A stretch of DNA of 64,000 nt. Origin: a virus (lineage: Duplodnaviria > Caudoviricetes). A program made the translations under genes and the position numbers. The stretch covers positions 32,001 through 96,000 of the IMG/VR virus record IMGVR_UViG_2830247124_000001. One strand, written 5' to 3'. Below are positions 8,254-16,038 of this stretch, piece by piece; positions within the stretch are counted from its first letter, which is position 1; each line of letters begins with the position of its first letter. A model generated the notes under the pieces. It searched no databases, was not told the origin of the DNA, and saw only the letters and a list, made by a program, of their open reading frames with translations.

Positions 8254-8295
8254 GGCGTGATTGCAATTGCGTGATGAGAGCGATTGAATTCCCTA

Positions 8296-8352
8296 CGGGG
8301 ACTTATTGGCTTGCCCCATCGGCCTCACCACGCGAATCAACGCGCAGTGAGA
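8296..8352 (-). ncRNA. two-hairpin RNA element, copy 13
   Basis: UUGAUU-loop hairpin then GGGGC-AAGCCAAUAA-GUCCCC. Confidence 0.7.
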
Positions 8353-8370
8353 CTCACAGAATTCTGTGAG
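8353..8370. promoter_or_regulatory. 18-bp palindromic site (perfect)
   Basis: CTCACAGAATTCTGTGAG, a perfect palindrome. Confidence 0.75.
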
Positions 8371-8375
8371 TTAGC

Positions 8376-8654
8376 TTAGAAGTTAGCGGCATTGAACACC
8401 CAGTCCCCGAGCGATCCTTCGGGCGTGGACTGGGCAAGATGCTGATCGTAGCTGTCCCGAACCTCGTTCAGCCGGTCCCGAGACAGGCGGCCACACATGG
8501 CCATGCCGATGATCTTACGATCATCGTCTCGATCTTCGAGCAGGTTGGCAGTTACCCGAACGTAGCCGGGATTGTCCATGAGTTCGAGTTCCACGTCATA
8601 GACGTGGTCTACTGTCTTGGTACGGAGGTTCTGGAGTGCTGGAGAGATTTCCAT
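8376..8654 (-). CDS. hypothetical protein
   Basis: 92-aa ORF. Confidence 0.75.
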   Translation of the reverse strand: MEISPALQNLRTKTVDHVYDVELELMDNPGYVRVTANLLEDRDDDRKIIGMAMCGRLSRDRLNEVRDSYDQHLAQSTPEGSLGDWVFNAANF

Positions 8655-8714
8655 ATCGCGGGATTGCTTCGTGTGAGTGTGAGTGAATCGCTGCCTTCTG
8701 GCAACGGATCAACC

Positions 8715-8743
8715 AAGGTAATGAGCCTAATGTTGGAATTCAA
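8715..8743 (-). promoter_or_regulatory. sigma70-like early promoter
   Basis: TTGAAT-N17-TACCTT. Confidence 0.7.
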
Positions 8744-8762
8744 GCCGGTCCGAAGGACCCGC

Positions 8763-9002
8763 CTACGCTACGTGCCCCTCCGTGGCCGTGATGTAGGGAT
8801 CATCACGGAAGTGATCGAGGAGGTCGGTCCGTGCCTGCGCAGAATGCCCGTTCGTGGCAATCTGCACCCCGTGAGTTGTCTCAGCTACGGGACACATGCC
8901 CGTGATCGACCGGGCGGCTGCACGGATCTGCTCGTTGACGAATTCATCGTTCGTATGAACGATGAGATGCTTGGGACCGTCGATCTCTACGAAAAACTTC
9001 AT
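8763..9002 (-). CDS. hypothetical protein
   Basis: Trimmed to MKFFVE. Confidence 0.7.
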   Translation of the reverse strand: MKFFVEIDGPKHLIVHTNDEFVNEQIRAAARSITGMCPVAETTHGVQIATNGHSAQARTDLLDHFRDDPYITATEGHVA

Positions 9003-9040
9003 GGCGTGATGCAATTGGCGTGTGATGAGGTAGCGAGTGA

Positions 9041-9095
9041 TGGGCACTGGCTGGCCCAGTCGATCCCACCACGCGATCCAACGCCCGGTGGGATT
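9041..9095 (-). ncRNA. two-hairpin RNA element, copy 14 (variant loop)
   Basis: UUGGAU-loop hairpin then UGGGC-CAGCCAGU-GCCCA. Confidence 0.65.
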
Positions 9096-9111
9096 CAAAG
9101 AATTCTTTGAG
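9094..9111. promoter_or_regulatory. 18-bp palindromic site
   Basis: TTCAAAGAATTCTTTGAG abutting a stop codon. Confidence 0.7.
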
Positions 9112-9450
9112 TTAGATCACGAAGTGCTTCAGGAGTGCCCATGCAGCCTTCCGGTCTACGTCATCCCCGTGCAACACTGTCTTAGACAGTGTCACGAGCG
9201 GATGAATCCCCTCGGAGCGGAGTCCGTCCAGAGCGAATTTGGCTACGGAGATCATGGTCGCGGCGAACGTGGGATCGGTCACGGCGTGCTCGGTATCCTG
9301 GCCGCCCACGACCCTCTTGGAGAGCTTTTTCAGACGAATCTCGAAGAGGTCCTCGTGAAAGGTGGCGTTATCCACCGCGTCCGATTCGCTCATAGAGCGA
9401 ATGTTCTGAATTACTTCGTTTGCGGTGTCGTTCTTGTCGGAAGCTGTCAT
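9112..9450 (-). CDS. hypothetical protein
   Basis: Trimmed to MTASDK. Confidence 0.75.
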   Translation of the reverse strand: MTASDKNDTANEVIQNIRSMSESDAVDNATFHEDLFEIRLKKLSKRVVGGQDTEHAVTDPTFAATMISVAKFALDGLRSEGIHPLVTLSKTVLHGDDVDRKAAWALLKHFVI

Positions 9451-9515
9451 AACGTGCGCGAATTGCTTCGTGTGAGGGAGTGAGAAGTCCGTCGGCCTCT
9501 GCCAACGGATCAACC

Positions 9516-9544
9516 AATGTATGACTCGGATGTTGGAATTCCAA
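9516..9544 (-). promoter_or_regulatory. sigma70-like early promoter
   Basis: TTGGAA-N17-TACATT. Confidence 0.7.
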
Positions 9545-10002
9545 ACGCTCTACCTGCGTAGCACTGCGGGCAAAGAGCGCGTCCCCAACTCGCCGGTGGA
9601 TGGGCGGAGGTCAATTTGAGAATCCCAATGGGAGGTCCATCCCCTACGGGGATGAGTTCGGTATTGGGGTCAATCCACGGGCGTGCGCGTGCGGATCGGC
9701 GTTGGAGCGGGTGGTTTTCGGTGGTTTCCCGTAGGGAGTTGGGTGAAAGGGGTTGTGGGTGGACCCGTAGGGCCGCAGATGGGCGCTGAGGAATATCCAT
9801 CGCTCTGGGGTGACTCTATAGAGTCAAATGAATCAAGGCTTGATTTACCTCTCGTGGGCCGATCTGGGCGCAACGCGAATCCGCCGTAGGCGGCGCTGAA
9901 TAGGCTTTTTTCCGGGGATGTATAAATCCCAGTTCAGCCAAAAAAAAACTCCCCACCACCCCTTTAGGGGTGATGAGGAGCGAGTTACCTCTCGTGATGC
10001 CC

Positions 10003-10036
10003 AAAAGCCCCACGGCGCGGTGCTTCGCGCCGTGGT
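10003..10036 (-). terminator. intrinsic terminator-like hairpin
   Basis: CCACGGCGCG/CGCGCCGTGG stem followed by GGCTTTT on the minus strand, just after the stop at 10049. Confidence 0.55.
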
Positions 10037-10048
10037 GGGCGGGGCTGG

Positions 10049-10867
10049 CTAGACGAGATCGCCCAGGAGGTCCTTGACCTCCTCCCGCACAATCTCGCGG
10101 ATCCGCTCCTCGGTGACCGAGTCGCAGTCGCAGTCGGAGTCATCGACGTTGTCGATGCGTTCGTCGATCCGCTTGTCGATCAACTTCTGCATCATGGCTC
10201 CGACTTCTGCCGTGCCCGTGGACTCCGTGGCGTCTGCGGCGCTGTCAGCGTCGTCAGAATCGGAGTTCTCTGACGTGTCCGAGCCGGTGGACTCCGTGGC
10301 GTCCGTGTCGCTCATGTCAGCTTCGCAGTCGGCGTCATCGGCGGATCGCCAATCCCGTTCGGCGTAGTTTTCGTCATCCTCCTGGCACTCTACGGCGTCT
10401 TTCGCCTGGATAATGCGCAGGAAAGACTCCGTGTGAGAGTGGTAGACGCCGTCCTCAGCGTCGTCGTAGTCACTCTCGGCGGAAGACCCGCAAAACCCTG
10501 TGCGGATCATGTGCGCCGTTTGGCGCTTCTTCAGGTTCAACCCCCAGCTCTGGTTGTCCCGCACCGTGCGGAGCAACTCCGTGAGTTGCTTGGCCTTGAA
10601 CTGGTCCGTCAACTGGTCACGGCTCCAACTGGTCGGATCGAATTCCAGGGATCCTCGGTCCATGCGGTCAAGCACGGGCTGTAGCGCCGCATAATGCACG
10701 AGCGACAGTGCGGCTGCCTGCTCGCTACCGGAGTCGATCCCGTCGAGTGATTGAGTTACCTTGGCGATCTGGTGCTTGGAGTTCTGCGCGGCGTGGCGCG
10801 GGCCTTGGTCGCCGTGGGTCTTGGCTTTGATGGCTTCGTTGAGGTTGCTGATGGCTTGCGTGCTCAT
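10049..10867 (-). CDS. acidic hypothetical protein, isolated transcription unit
   Basis: 272 aa with DATESTG twice in an acidic linker; has its own promoter and terminator. Confidence 0.8.
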   Translation of the reverse strand: MSTQAISNLNEAIKAKTHGDQGPRHAAQNSKHQIAKVTQSLDGIDSGSEQAAALSLVHYAALQPVLDRMDRGSLEFDPTSWSRDQLTDQFKAKQLTELLRTVRDNQSWGLNLKKRQTAHMIRTGFCGSSAESDYDDAEDGVYHSHTESFLRIIQAKDAVECQEDDENYAERDWRSADDADCEADMSDTDATESTGSDTSENSDSDDADSAADATESTGTAEVGAMMQKLIDKRIDERIDNVDDSDCDCDSVTEERIREIVREEVKDLLGDLV

Positions 10868-10933
10868 AAGCGCGGTTTCTTTCTGCGTGAGTAGCGAGTG
10901 AGTGATTCGCTGCGTCGTTGCAACGGATTCCCC

Positions 10934-10962
10934 AATAACGCCGATTCTGGATCCGATTGCAA
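10934..10962 (-). promoter_or_regulatory. variant early promoter
   Basis: TTGCAA-N17-GTTATT followed by the same GG...ATCCGTTG leader as other copies. Confidence 0.5.
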
Positions 10963-11060
10963 GAATTCCAGAGAATCCTTTCGTGCAGGGTACCGCGCAT
11001 GAAAAGTTGCGCCCGTCCCTGATCCCACACGCTGTGTCCCAAAACTCGGGATCCAGATCG

Positions 11061-11168
11061 GGTTTCGGGACGATTGGTTTCGGGAACTGTTTTGGGACGG
11101 ATTTGCCCCCGTTTAGGCCCGGATTTGCCCCCGGATTTGCCCCGTCCCAGAATCGGACGTTTTCGGGA
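11061..11168. repeat. short direct repeats in the divergent non-coding region
   Basis: CGGATTTGCCCC x3 (11098, 11120, 11132); TTTCGGGA x3. Confidence 0.7.
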
Positions 11169-11460
11169 AGGGTCCAAGGCGCGGCTGAATTGCGGGTGCT
11201 GTGCGGGCTGTGTGCGGGTTTCGCGCACCCCTGGGGGTGGGGGGTCGTGCATTATGCGCCATCGCGCCCCCCTATCCGCGCTTGCGACGCGGTCGCGCAC
11301 GCTCGCTCACATATTATTATCTTCATGTGTGATGCTACGAACCTCAATTCTGAGAGGGTCAACCAAACCCCCGGTCACCAAACCACCCCACTCCCCAGAT
11401 AGGCTCCAACCAAACCACCCCACCCCGTTAGGGAACCTACCCAAGATACTGTCTCTCGCT

Positions 11461-11478
11461 CTCACACAATTATTTGAG
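11461..11478. promoter_or_regulatory. 18-bp palindromic site
   Basis: CTCACACAATTATTTGAG. Confidence 0.65.
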
Positions 11479-11569
11479 AAAGGTCAATCCGCCAACGCTG
11501 GAACCCGTCTGTTGAATTCCAGTACCTGATAACTAACCAGACCCCATTCACTCAACACCCCCCTCTACT

Positions 11570-12148
11570 ATGAACCTATCGAAGCAAGAGCGACGAGACA
11601 ACGCCCAGCAGTTCCTCCAGGCATTCTCGAACCGAAGGGACTGGCTAGTCCTCGACACCGAGACCACCGGCCAAGACCCCGGCGAAGATGAAGTCGTAGA
11701 GATTGCGGTGCTCACTGCACGGGGTGAGGTCCTCGTTGACAAACTGGTCCGACCCAAGACCCAGATCGACGAAGCCGCATCGGAGGTCCACGGCATCTAC
11801 TGGGACGACGTCGAGCGCAAGCCCCATATCACCGGCATCCGGGAGCTTCCGTTCTTGCTTACCGGCCACCCAGTGCTGGTCTACAACAAAGACTTCGACA
11901 TGCCGATCATACGAAACTCGATCTTAAACGCCGGTGGAGAGCCGATGGCTCAGTTCTGGGACCCGAGGTGCGTCATGAAAGCCTACGCGATGGCCTGCGG
12001 AGACTGGAACGAGCAGTACGGCTCCTACTCCTGGGTGAGCCTGGAAGGGGCGTGCATAGACCAAGGGATCGAGATCGGTGAGGACATTGAGCTTCACCGG
12101 GCCCGAGGGGATGCAGAGCTTACCCGACGTCTTGTCCACTCGTTCTAA
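11570..12148 (+). CDS. DEDDh 3'-5' exonuclease (DnaQ/epsilon-like)
   Basis: LDTETTG, HGI, YNKDFD, HRARGDA. Confidence 0.92.
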   Translation: MNLSKQERRDNAQQFLQAFSNRRDWLVLDTETTGQDPGEDEVVEIAVLTARGEVLVDKLVRPKTQIDEAASEVHGIYWDDVERKPHITGIRELPFLLTGHPVLVYNKDFDMPIIRNSILNAGGEPMAQFWDPRCVMKAYAMACGDWNEQYGSYSWVSLEGACIDQGIEIGEDIELHRARGDAELTRRLVHSF

Positions 12149-12374
12149 AACTGACGGGGCCCACGCCCGCACAGATAGACGTTCGGCAGCAAGAGGCCCC
12201 AGGACACCTTATATAACAAACGGGCGCACGCGCTCTAATAAACGCTCTGGAGAGAGGCAAATGAAGTGCCCGTAAAGCAGAATGATAATCATTGGAACAT
12301 AACTGTAGAATTCAAGTTTGATAAGTATAGTCGCACGCAAGAAGCCCCACCGTGGTGGCCAATCATGACCGGTT

Positions 12375-12734
12375 GTGAGCCAAGCACAGACTCTTGACAG
12401 CTACGAGTGGGGAGACCCCAGGTGGAACGTCGAGGAGATCGTCGATGCCTGGGCCGTGCGGAAGCTCATCGATGAAGCCAAGGTGGACAACGACGACCTT
12501 GCTCTAATCGACGCCGGAATCAAGAGCGAAGCGGACCTTCCGCCAGAGTGCTTCAAGCGTCTCGTGCTTGCGGTGGCTGCGATTCCCGGCCATGACACTA
12601 AGGGGGTCCCGACCTCCGACAAAGTAAGTGCGGTCATCCGGGTGGACGTCGAGTACATTGCGCCCCTGGTAGACGAGAAGACAGGAGAGCCTCTGCCCAA
12701 CGAAGTCCTTCACTGCGATGTCTACTTAAATTAG
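12375..12734 (+). CDS. hypothetical protein
   Basis: 119-aa acidic ORF with GTG start. Confidence 0.65.
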   Translation: MSQAQTLDSYEWGDPRWNVEEIVDAWAVRKLIDEAKVDNDDLALIDAGIKSEADLPPECFKRLVLAVAAIPGHDTKGVPTSDKVSAVIRVDVEYIAPLVDEKTGEPLPNEVLHCDVYLN

Positions 12735-12746
12735 CCAACCCCAAAC

Positions 12747-13133
12747 ATGTCCGATACGCGCTCTTCTCCCGGAGGAAGATTCCTCGGCCTACTGCTCTTG
12801 CTGTTCATCGGCTTGAAGCTGACTGGACACATCGATTGGTCTTGGCTGTGGGTACTTGCTCCTCTATGGGGGCCAATCGCAACGGTGCTTCTAGTCGTAT
12901 TGTGCGGCGTGCTTTTCATAGCAGCGGCTGGAATTACAGACTGGCAATACCAACGCCACTATTGGGAGGCCAAAATTTACCGCTGGTGGCATGGAGAACC
13001 CCAAGATCCAGTCAGTTGGGCCCGGATAGAAAAACCAAATTACCACACGAAGATCACCCTGATTAAAGAGATCCGGGCAGAGTTCGACATGAAGATCAAA
13101 GAGGCCAAGTCTGTGGCCGACAAAGTTTGGTAG
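12747..13133 (+). CDS. membrane protein (LKLTG.IDWSW.WV.AP.W family) with C-terminal bL12-CTD-like motif
   Basis: Two TM segments; KITLIKEIRAEFDMKIKEAKSVAD. Confidence 0.7.
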   Translation: MSDTRSSPGGRFLGLLLLLFIGLKLTGHIDWSWLWVLAPLWGPIATVLLVVLCGVLFIAAAGITDWQYQRHYWEAKIYRWWHGEPQDPVSWARIEKPNYHTKITLIKEIRAEFDMKIKEAKSVADKVW

Positions 13134-13137
13134 AGAT

Positions 13138-13470
13138 ATGGCACGTACGTGGCGCGATATTCCGAATAGTCCGTACCGGCAGCACAAATTTTTGGGGCGG
13201 GCTGCGCTTCAAGAAAAAAAGCAGGCGGACTACACAAAAAAAGTGCGGGACAAGGATAACAAAGGAATGCACCGGTCCCCGCCCAAAGGGTGGCGAAATG
13301 ACCACCAGCGCCGGTTCCGGTCCAACGCAAACGACCAGCTTCGGAAAATCGAGCAGGCGTACTGGAAAAACCCGACCAAGTACATCGGGAAATCTGCTTT
13401 CTCAATTATGGGGATGGAGGTAGACGTCGTTCTTCCCCTTCCGAAGGAATACAAACCCTACTACTGGTAA
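13138..13470 (+). CDS. basic hypothetical protein
   Basis: 110 aa, K/R-rich. Confidence 0.65.
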   Translation: MARTWRDIPNSPYRQHKFLGRAALQEKKQADYTKKVRDKDNKGMHRSPPKGWRNDHQRRFRSNANDQLRKIEQAYWKNPTKYIGKSAFSIMGMEVDVVLPLPKEYKPYYW

Positions 13471-13474
13471 ACCC

Positions 13475-13654
13475 ATGCAGAGAGACGTCACGCACAAAGG
13501 CACGTTTACGGTCGAGTCCACCAAAAAAGAGGGTGGGCACGAAGAGACCTACATCTACCACCGTGGCCGCCTGATACACAAGCGGTGGCGTCCGGAGAGC
13601 GGAAAGAGCTACAGCCGCACGTTCCCGAAGTACGGCTCCGGGTTCAATAGCTAA
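13475..13654 (+). CDS. 59-aa hypothetical protein (not in ORF track)
   Basis: MQRDVTHKGTFTVES...GFNS; fills the gap between neighbours. Confidence 0.55.
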   Translation: MQRDVTHKGTFTVESTKKEGGHEETYIYHRGRLIHKRWRPESGKSYSRTFPKYGSGFNS

Positions 13655-13704
13655 CACGAAAGCTGGTTTGTGCTACACATCCAGCAAAATCTGTTACACA
13701 AGCA

Positions 13705-14505
13705 ATGAGCCTACCCAACGTCACTTCCCTTGCCAAGCGTCTCGGATTCGCGGCGGCCCTGATTCTTCTGGGGGCCCTCGCGTTTGCACTCGTCCCGATT
13801 ACGTGGTCTACGTTCGCCGGTGCCTTGTTTAAGGTATCGATTTGCGTGGCCCTGTGGATCGGGTTTGACGAGGTCTTCCTGGACGAGTTCAACACCGCTG
13901 AGGAACTCAAGGGGAGTCCTCTTGCGATTTCGATTACCCTCCTGGCCCTGTCAATCCTTCTGGCCCCGGCCATTGCCTCGGCCCAAAAAACGTGCCCCTC
14001 CCCGGATGGCACCCGGACAGAGCTACCCCAGACAGAGCTACACGAGGTGGCCGCCGAGCACGTCGGTGTTACAGAGACGCCCCCTGGTTCGAATAAGGGC
14101 CGGGAGGTTGAGATGTACATGGAGACTGTTGGGCTCGGCCAAGGGGGATACCCCTGGTGTGCCGGGTTCGTTCACTACGTCATGTTGGAGGCAGGCGTCG
14201 ATCCGCCGGTCCGCAGCGCAGGGGCGACAGACTACATTACCGAAGAGTCTATTTCTGCAAAGAAGGTCATCAGAGGAGAAGCCGAGGTACCAACCAATTC
14301 GCTTGCCGTGTACCGCCGGGGCAACTCCTGGAAAGGTCACATCGGCATTGTACGGGAGTGGGACGGGCACTGTGGGCGCACGGTCTCGGGAAACACCTCC
14401 TCTGGAAGCGGCAGCCAAAGAGAAGGAGACGGGGTTTACGAGAAAGCCCGGTGCGTCAACTATGGCAACTACTTCCGGATCGTGGAATTCACCCCCACCG
14501 AATAG
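13705..14505 (+). CDS. membrane-anchored CHAP-domain peptidoglycan hydrolase (endolysin)
   Basis: About 3 N-terminal TM segments; PWCAGFV, GHIGIV, SGNTS catalytic Cys/His pattern. Confidence 0.85.
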   Translation: MSLPNVTSLAKRLGFAAALILLGALAFALVPITWSTFAGALFKVSICVALWIGFDEVFLDEFNTAEELKGSPLAISITLLALSILLAPAIASAQKTCPSPDGTRTELPQTELHEVAAEHVGVTETPPGSNKGREVEMYMETVGLGQGGYPWCAGFVHYVMLEAGVDPPVRSAGATDYITEESISAKKVIRGEAEVPTNSLAVYRRGNSWKGHIGIVREWDGHCGRTVSGNTSSGSGSQREGDGVYEKARCVNYGNYFRIVEFTPTE

Positions 14506-14518
14506 CTATGCTATCTCT

Positions 14519-14536
14519 CTCACATAATTATTTGAA
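14519..14536. promoter_or_regulatory. 18-bp palindromic site
   Basis: CTCACATAATTATTTGAA. Confidence 0.65.
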
Positions 14537-14568
14537 TCCGCCCTACGGGGCACACATGATACTTTCGC

Positions 14569-15180
14569 ATGAGAAACTTCAAAAACATCGAAAACGAAAA
14601 GCGCCGCCGGTACACCTACGACGTCGATGAGGTGTCCAAGCGTGTAGTGGTCATTCAGAACCCGACTGCGCTTCACGTCAAGGACTCGGGGGCCCACGTC
14701 ATTTTAGCTCAAGGGCCGTTTGGCAACTTTACCGAGAAGATAATTGAGCCGGGGTGGGAAAACCAGGACATCGTGTTCAAGGAGGACACCATTCAGGCGA
14801 AGGCCAAATACCCGTTTGAAGAGACCCGCAGCGTTGAAAAGGTTGACAGACTTGACAGAGTTGACGCGAGTGGCGGGGTTGGGCTTGGCGTTGTTGGTTC
14901 GGGTGCCGGGATTGGAAGCGTTGCTTCGGCTGCCGCAGACAAAACTGCGAGGGACGTGATGGACCAAGGGATGGACGAGGACACCTCCATCACCGAGCTT
15001 CCCTGCCTTGAGCACGAAGCGGATGAGGTACCCCCGGAAGACGTGTGCGGCTTCTACCCCTCTTGCGGGTGCAGCACCACCATCAAGAGTTGCTGCCAAG
15101 ACCACCCCGTGGAAAACGGCGGTGACGGCGGCGAAGGAGAGCCCCCGAATCCAGACTTTTCAGAGACCCCTCAGTTTTGA
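14569..15180 (+). CDS. hypothetical protein with Cys-rich C-terminus
   Basis: 203-aa ORF. Confidence 0.7.
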   Translation: MRNFKNIENEKRRRYTYDVDEVSKRVVVIQNPTALHVKDSGAHVILAQGPFGNFTEKIIEPGWENQDIVFKEDTIQAKAKYPFEETRSVEKVDRLDRVDASGGVGLGVVGSGAGIGSVASAAADKTARDVMDQGMDEDTSITELPCLEHEADEVPPEDVCGFYPSCGCSTTIKSCCQDHPVENGGDGGEGEPPNPDFSETPQF

Positions 15181-15617
15181 TGCAACGCTCCCTCCTCCCA
15201 TTTACCGGCACGACGGAGTACACCATTGTGGTGGCCGGGTCTCGGACAATTGAGGACCCGGAGGTTACGTACGCGGCCATCGAGCGGTCTGGGTATCCTA
15301 TCTCTGAGGTCGTTTCTGGAACCGCACATGGACCAGACACACACGGAGAAAACTGGGCGATAATGAACGACATCCCGGTAAAGAGAATGAGCGCTGACTG
15401 GGAGTCGAAAGGAAAGAAGGCCGGTATGCTTCGCAACAAGAAAATGGCCGCGTACGCAGACGGAGTTGTTGCGGTGTGGGACGGGGAAAGCGCAGGCACG
15501 AAACAGATGATCGATCACGCTCACGACCAGAAGATGCCGGTTTTCGTTTCTATCCTGGGCGGGGGTGACTACCAAAACCGGTACTACGATCTGTCACTGA
15601 ACAAAATTCCCACCTAA
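15177..15617 (+). CDS. SLOG-family protein (YspA/DUF2493-like)
   Basis: VAGSR, VSGTAHGPD, ADW...AGMLRN..M, WDGES.GT..MI. Confidence 0.88.
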   Translation: MMQRSLLPFTGTTEYTIVVAGSRTIEDPEVTYAAIERSGYPISEVVSGTAHGPDTHGENWAIMNDIPVKRMSADWESKGKKAGMLRNKKMAAYADGVVAVWDGESAGTKQMIDHAHDQKMPVFVSILGGGDYQNRYYDLSLNKIPT

Positions 15618-15633
15618 CCCTGACTGTGCAATA

Positions 15634-16038
15634 ATGGAATTCCCACCCCCAAAAGTTGACGTGTACCGCAACCTCAAGACCGGCGGGTTTTCAATCCGGT
15701 CCCGAGACCCGGACCACTTCGATGGGGCCTATGGCCGTGTCGTCGCCCACTGCAAGCAAGCACTGGTCGGGGATGTAGAGTTTGTGGTACAGCAAGGGGC
15801 GAGGGAGCGTGCAGTTGAAGAGGGCCAGAGGAGCGTACATGCGTTCGTTCGCGGCGTCCTGATTGGCAGCGGAGAACTCCCCTCCCTGTCTGAAAAGCAG
15901 GTGCGCCACTGGAATGAGGTTACGTACAATCCGTTCGAGCAATCTGACTTTGTGATGGTGGGGTCCGAAGAGCCTGTCTTTACTGCTCCCCTGGCGCTTC
16001 TGGGGCAGGAGACGGCCTGGATTCCCGACAGTGTTTGA
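15634..16038 (+). CDS. conserved phage hypothetical protein
   Basis: VYRNL...GRVVAH...VHAFVRG...YNPF pattern. Confidence 0.75.
   Translation: MEFPPPKVDVYRNLKTGGFSIRSRDPDHFDGAYGRVVAHCKQALVGDVEFVVQQGARERAVEEGQRSVHAFVRGVLIGSGELPSLSEKQVRHWNEVTYNPFEQSDFVMVGSEEPVFTAPLALLGQETAWIPDSV

Noticed and set aside
603-9111. Early repeats as a CRISPR array
   Set aside because: The repeats vary in sequence, are separated by whole genes rather than 30-40-nt spacers, and no cas genes are present.
603-9111. Classical integron attC sites (GTTAGG resembles GTTRRRY)
   Set aside because: GTTA is the hairpin loop rather than a stem end, half the copies lack it, there are no paired RYYYAAC/GTTRRRY ends, and no integrase is in the window.
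603-9111. Known self-cleaving ribozymes (hammerhead, HDV/theta, twister, pistol)
   Set aside because: There is no CUGANGA/GAAA core and I found no consistent pseudoknot pairing by eye. Local resemblances (ACCUCG, GCCGGUCCC, UAAGCCC) are not kept across copies.
603-9111. Elements as ordinary intrinsic terminators
   Set aside because: There is no U tract on the sense strand, and a conserved second loop would not be needed.
50-9483. Plus-strand ORFs over the early array (e.g. 50..526, 1337..1957, 4473..5180, 8439..9110)
   Set aside because: They are antisense shadows of acidic minus-strand genes that carry the leaders and promoters.
10725-11529. Overlapping ORFs in the divergent region
   Set aside because: They are Pro/Arg/Gly-rich translations of repeats and unlike the acidic proteome.
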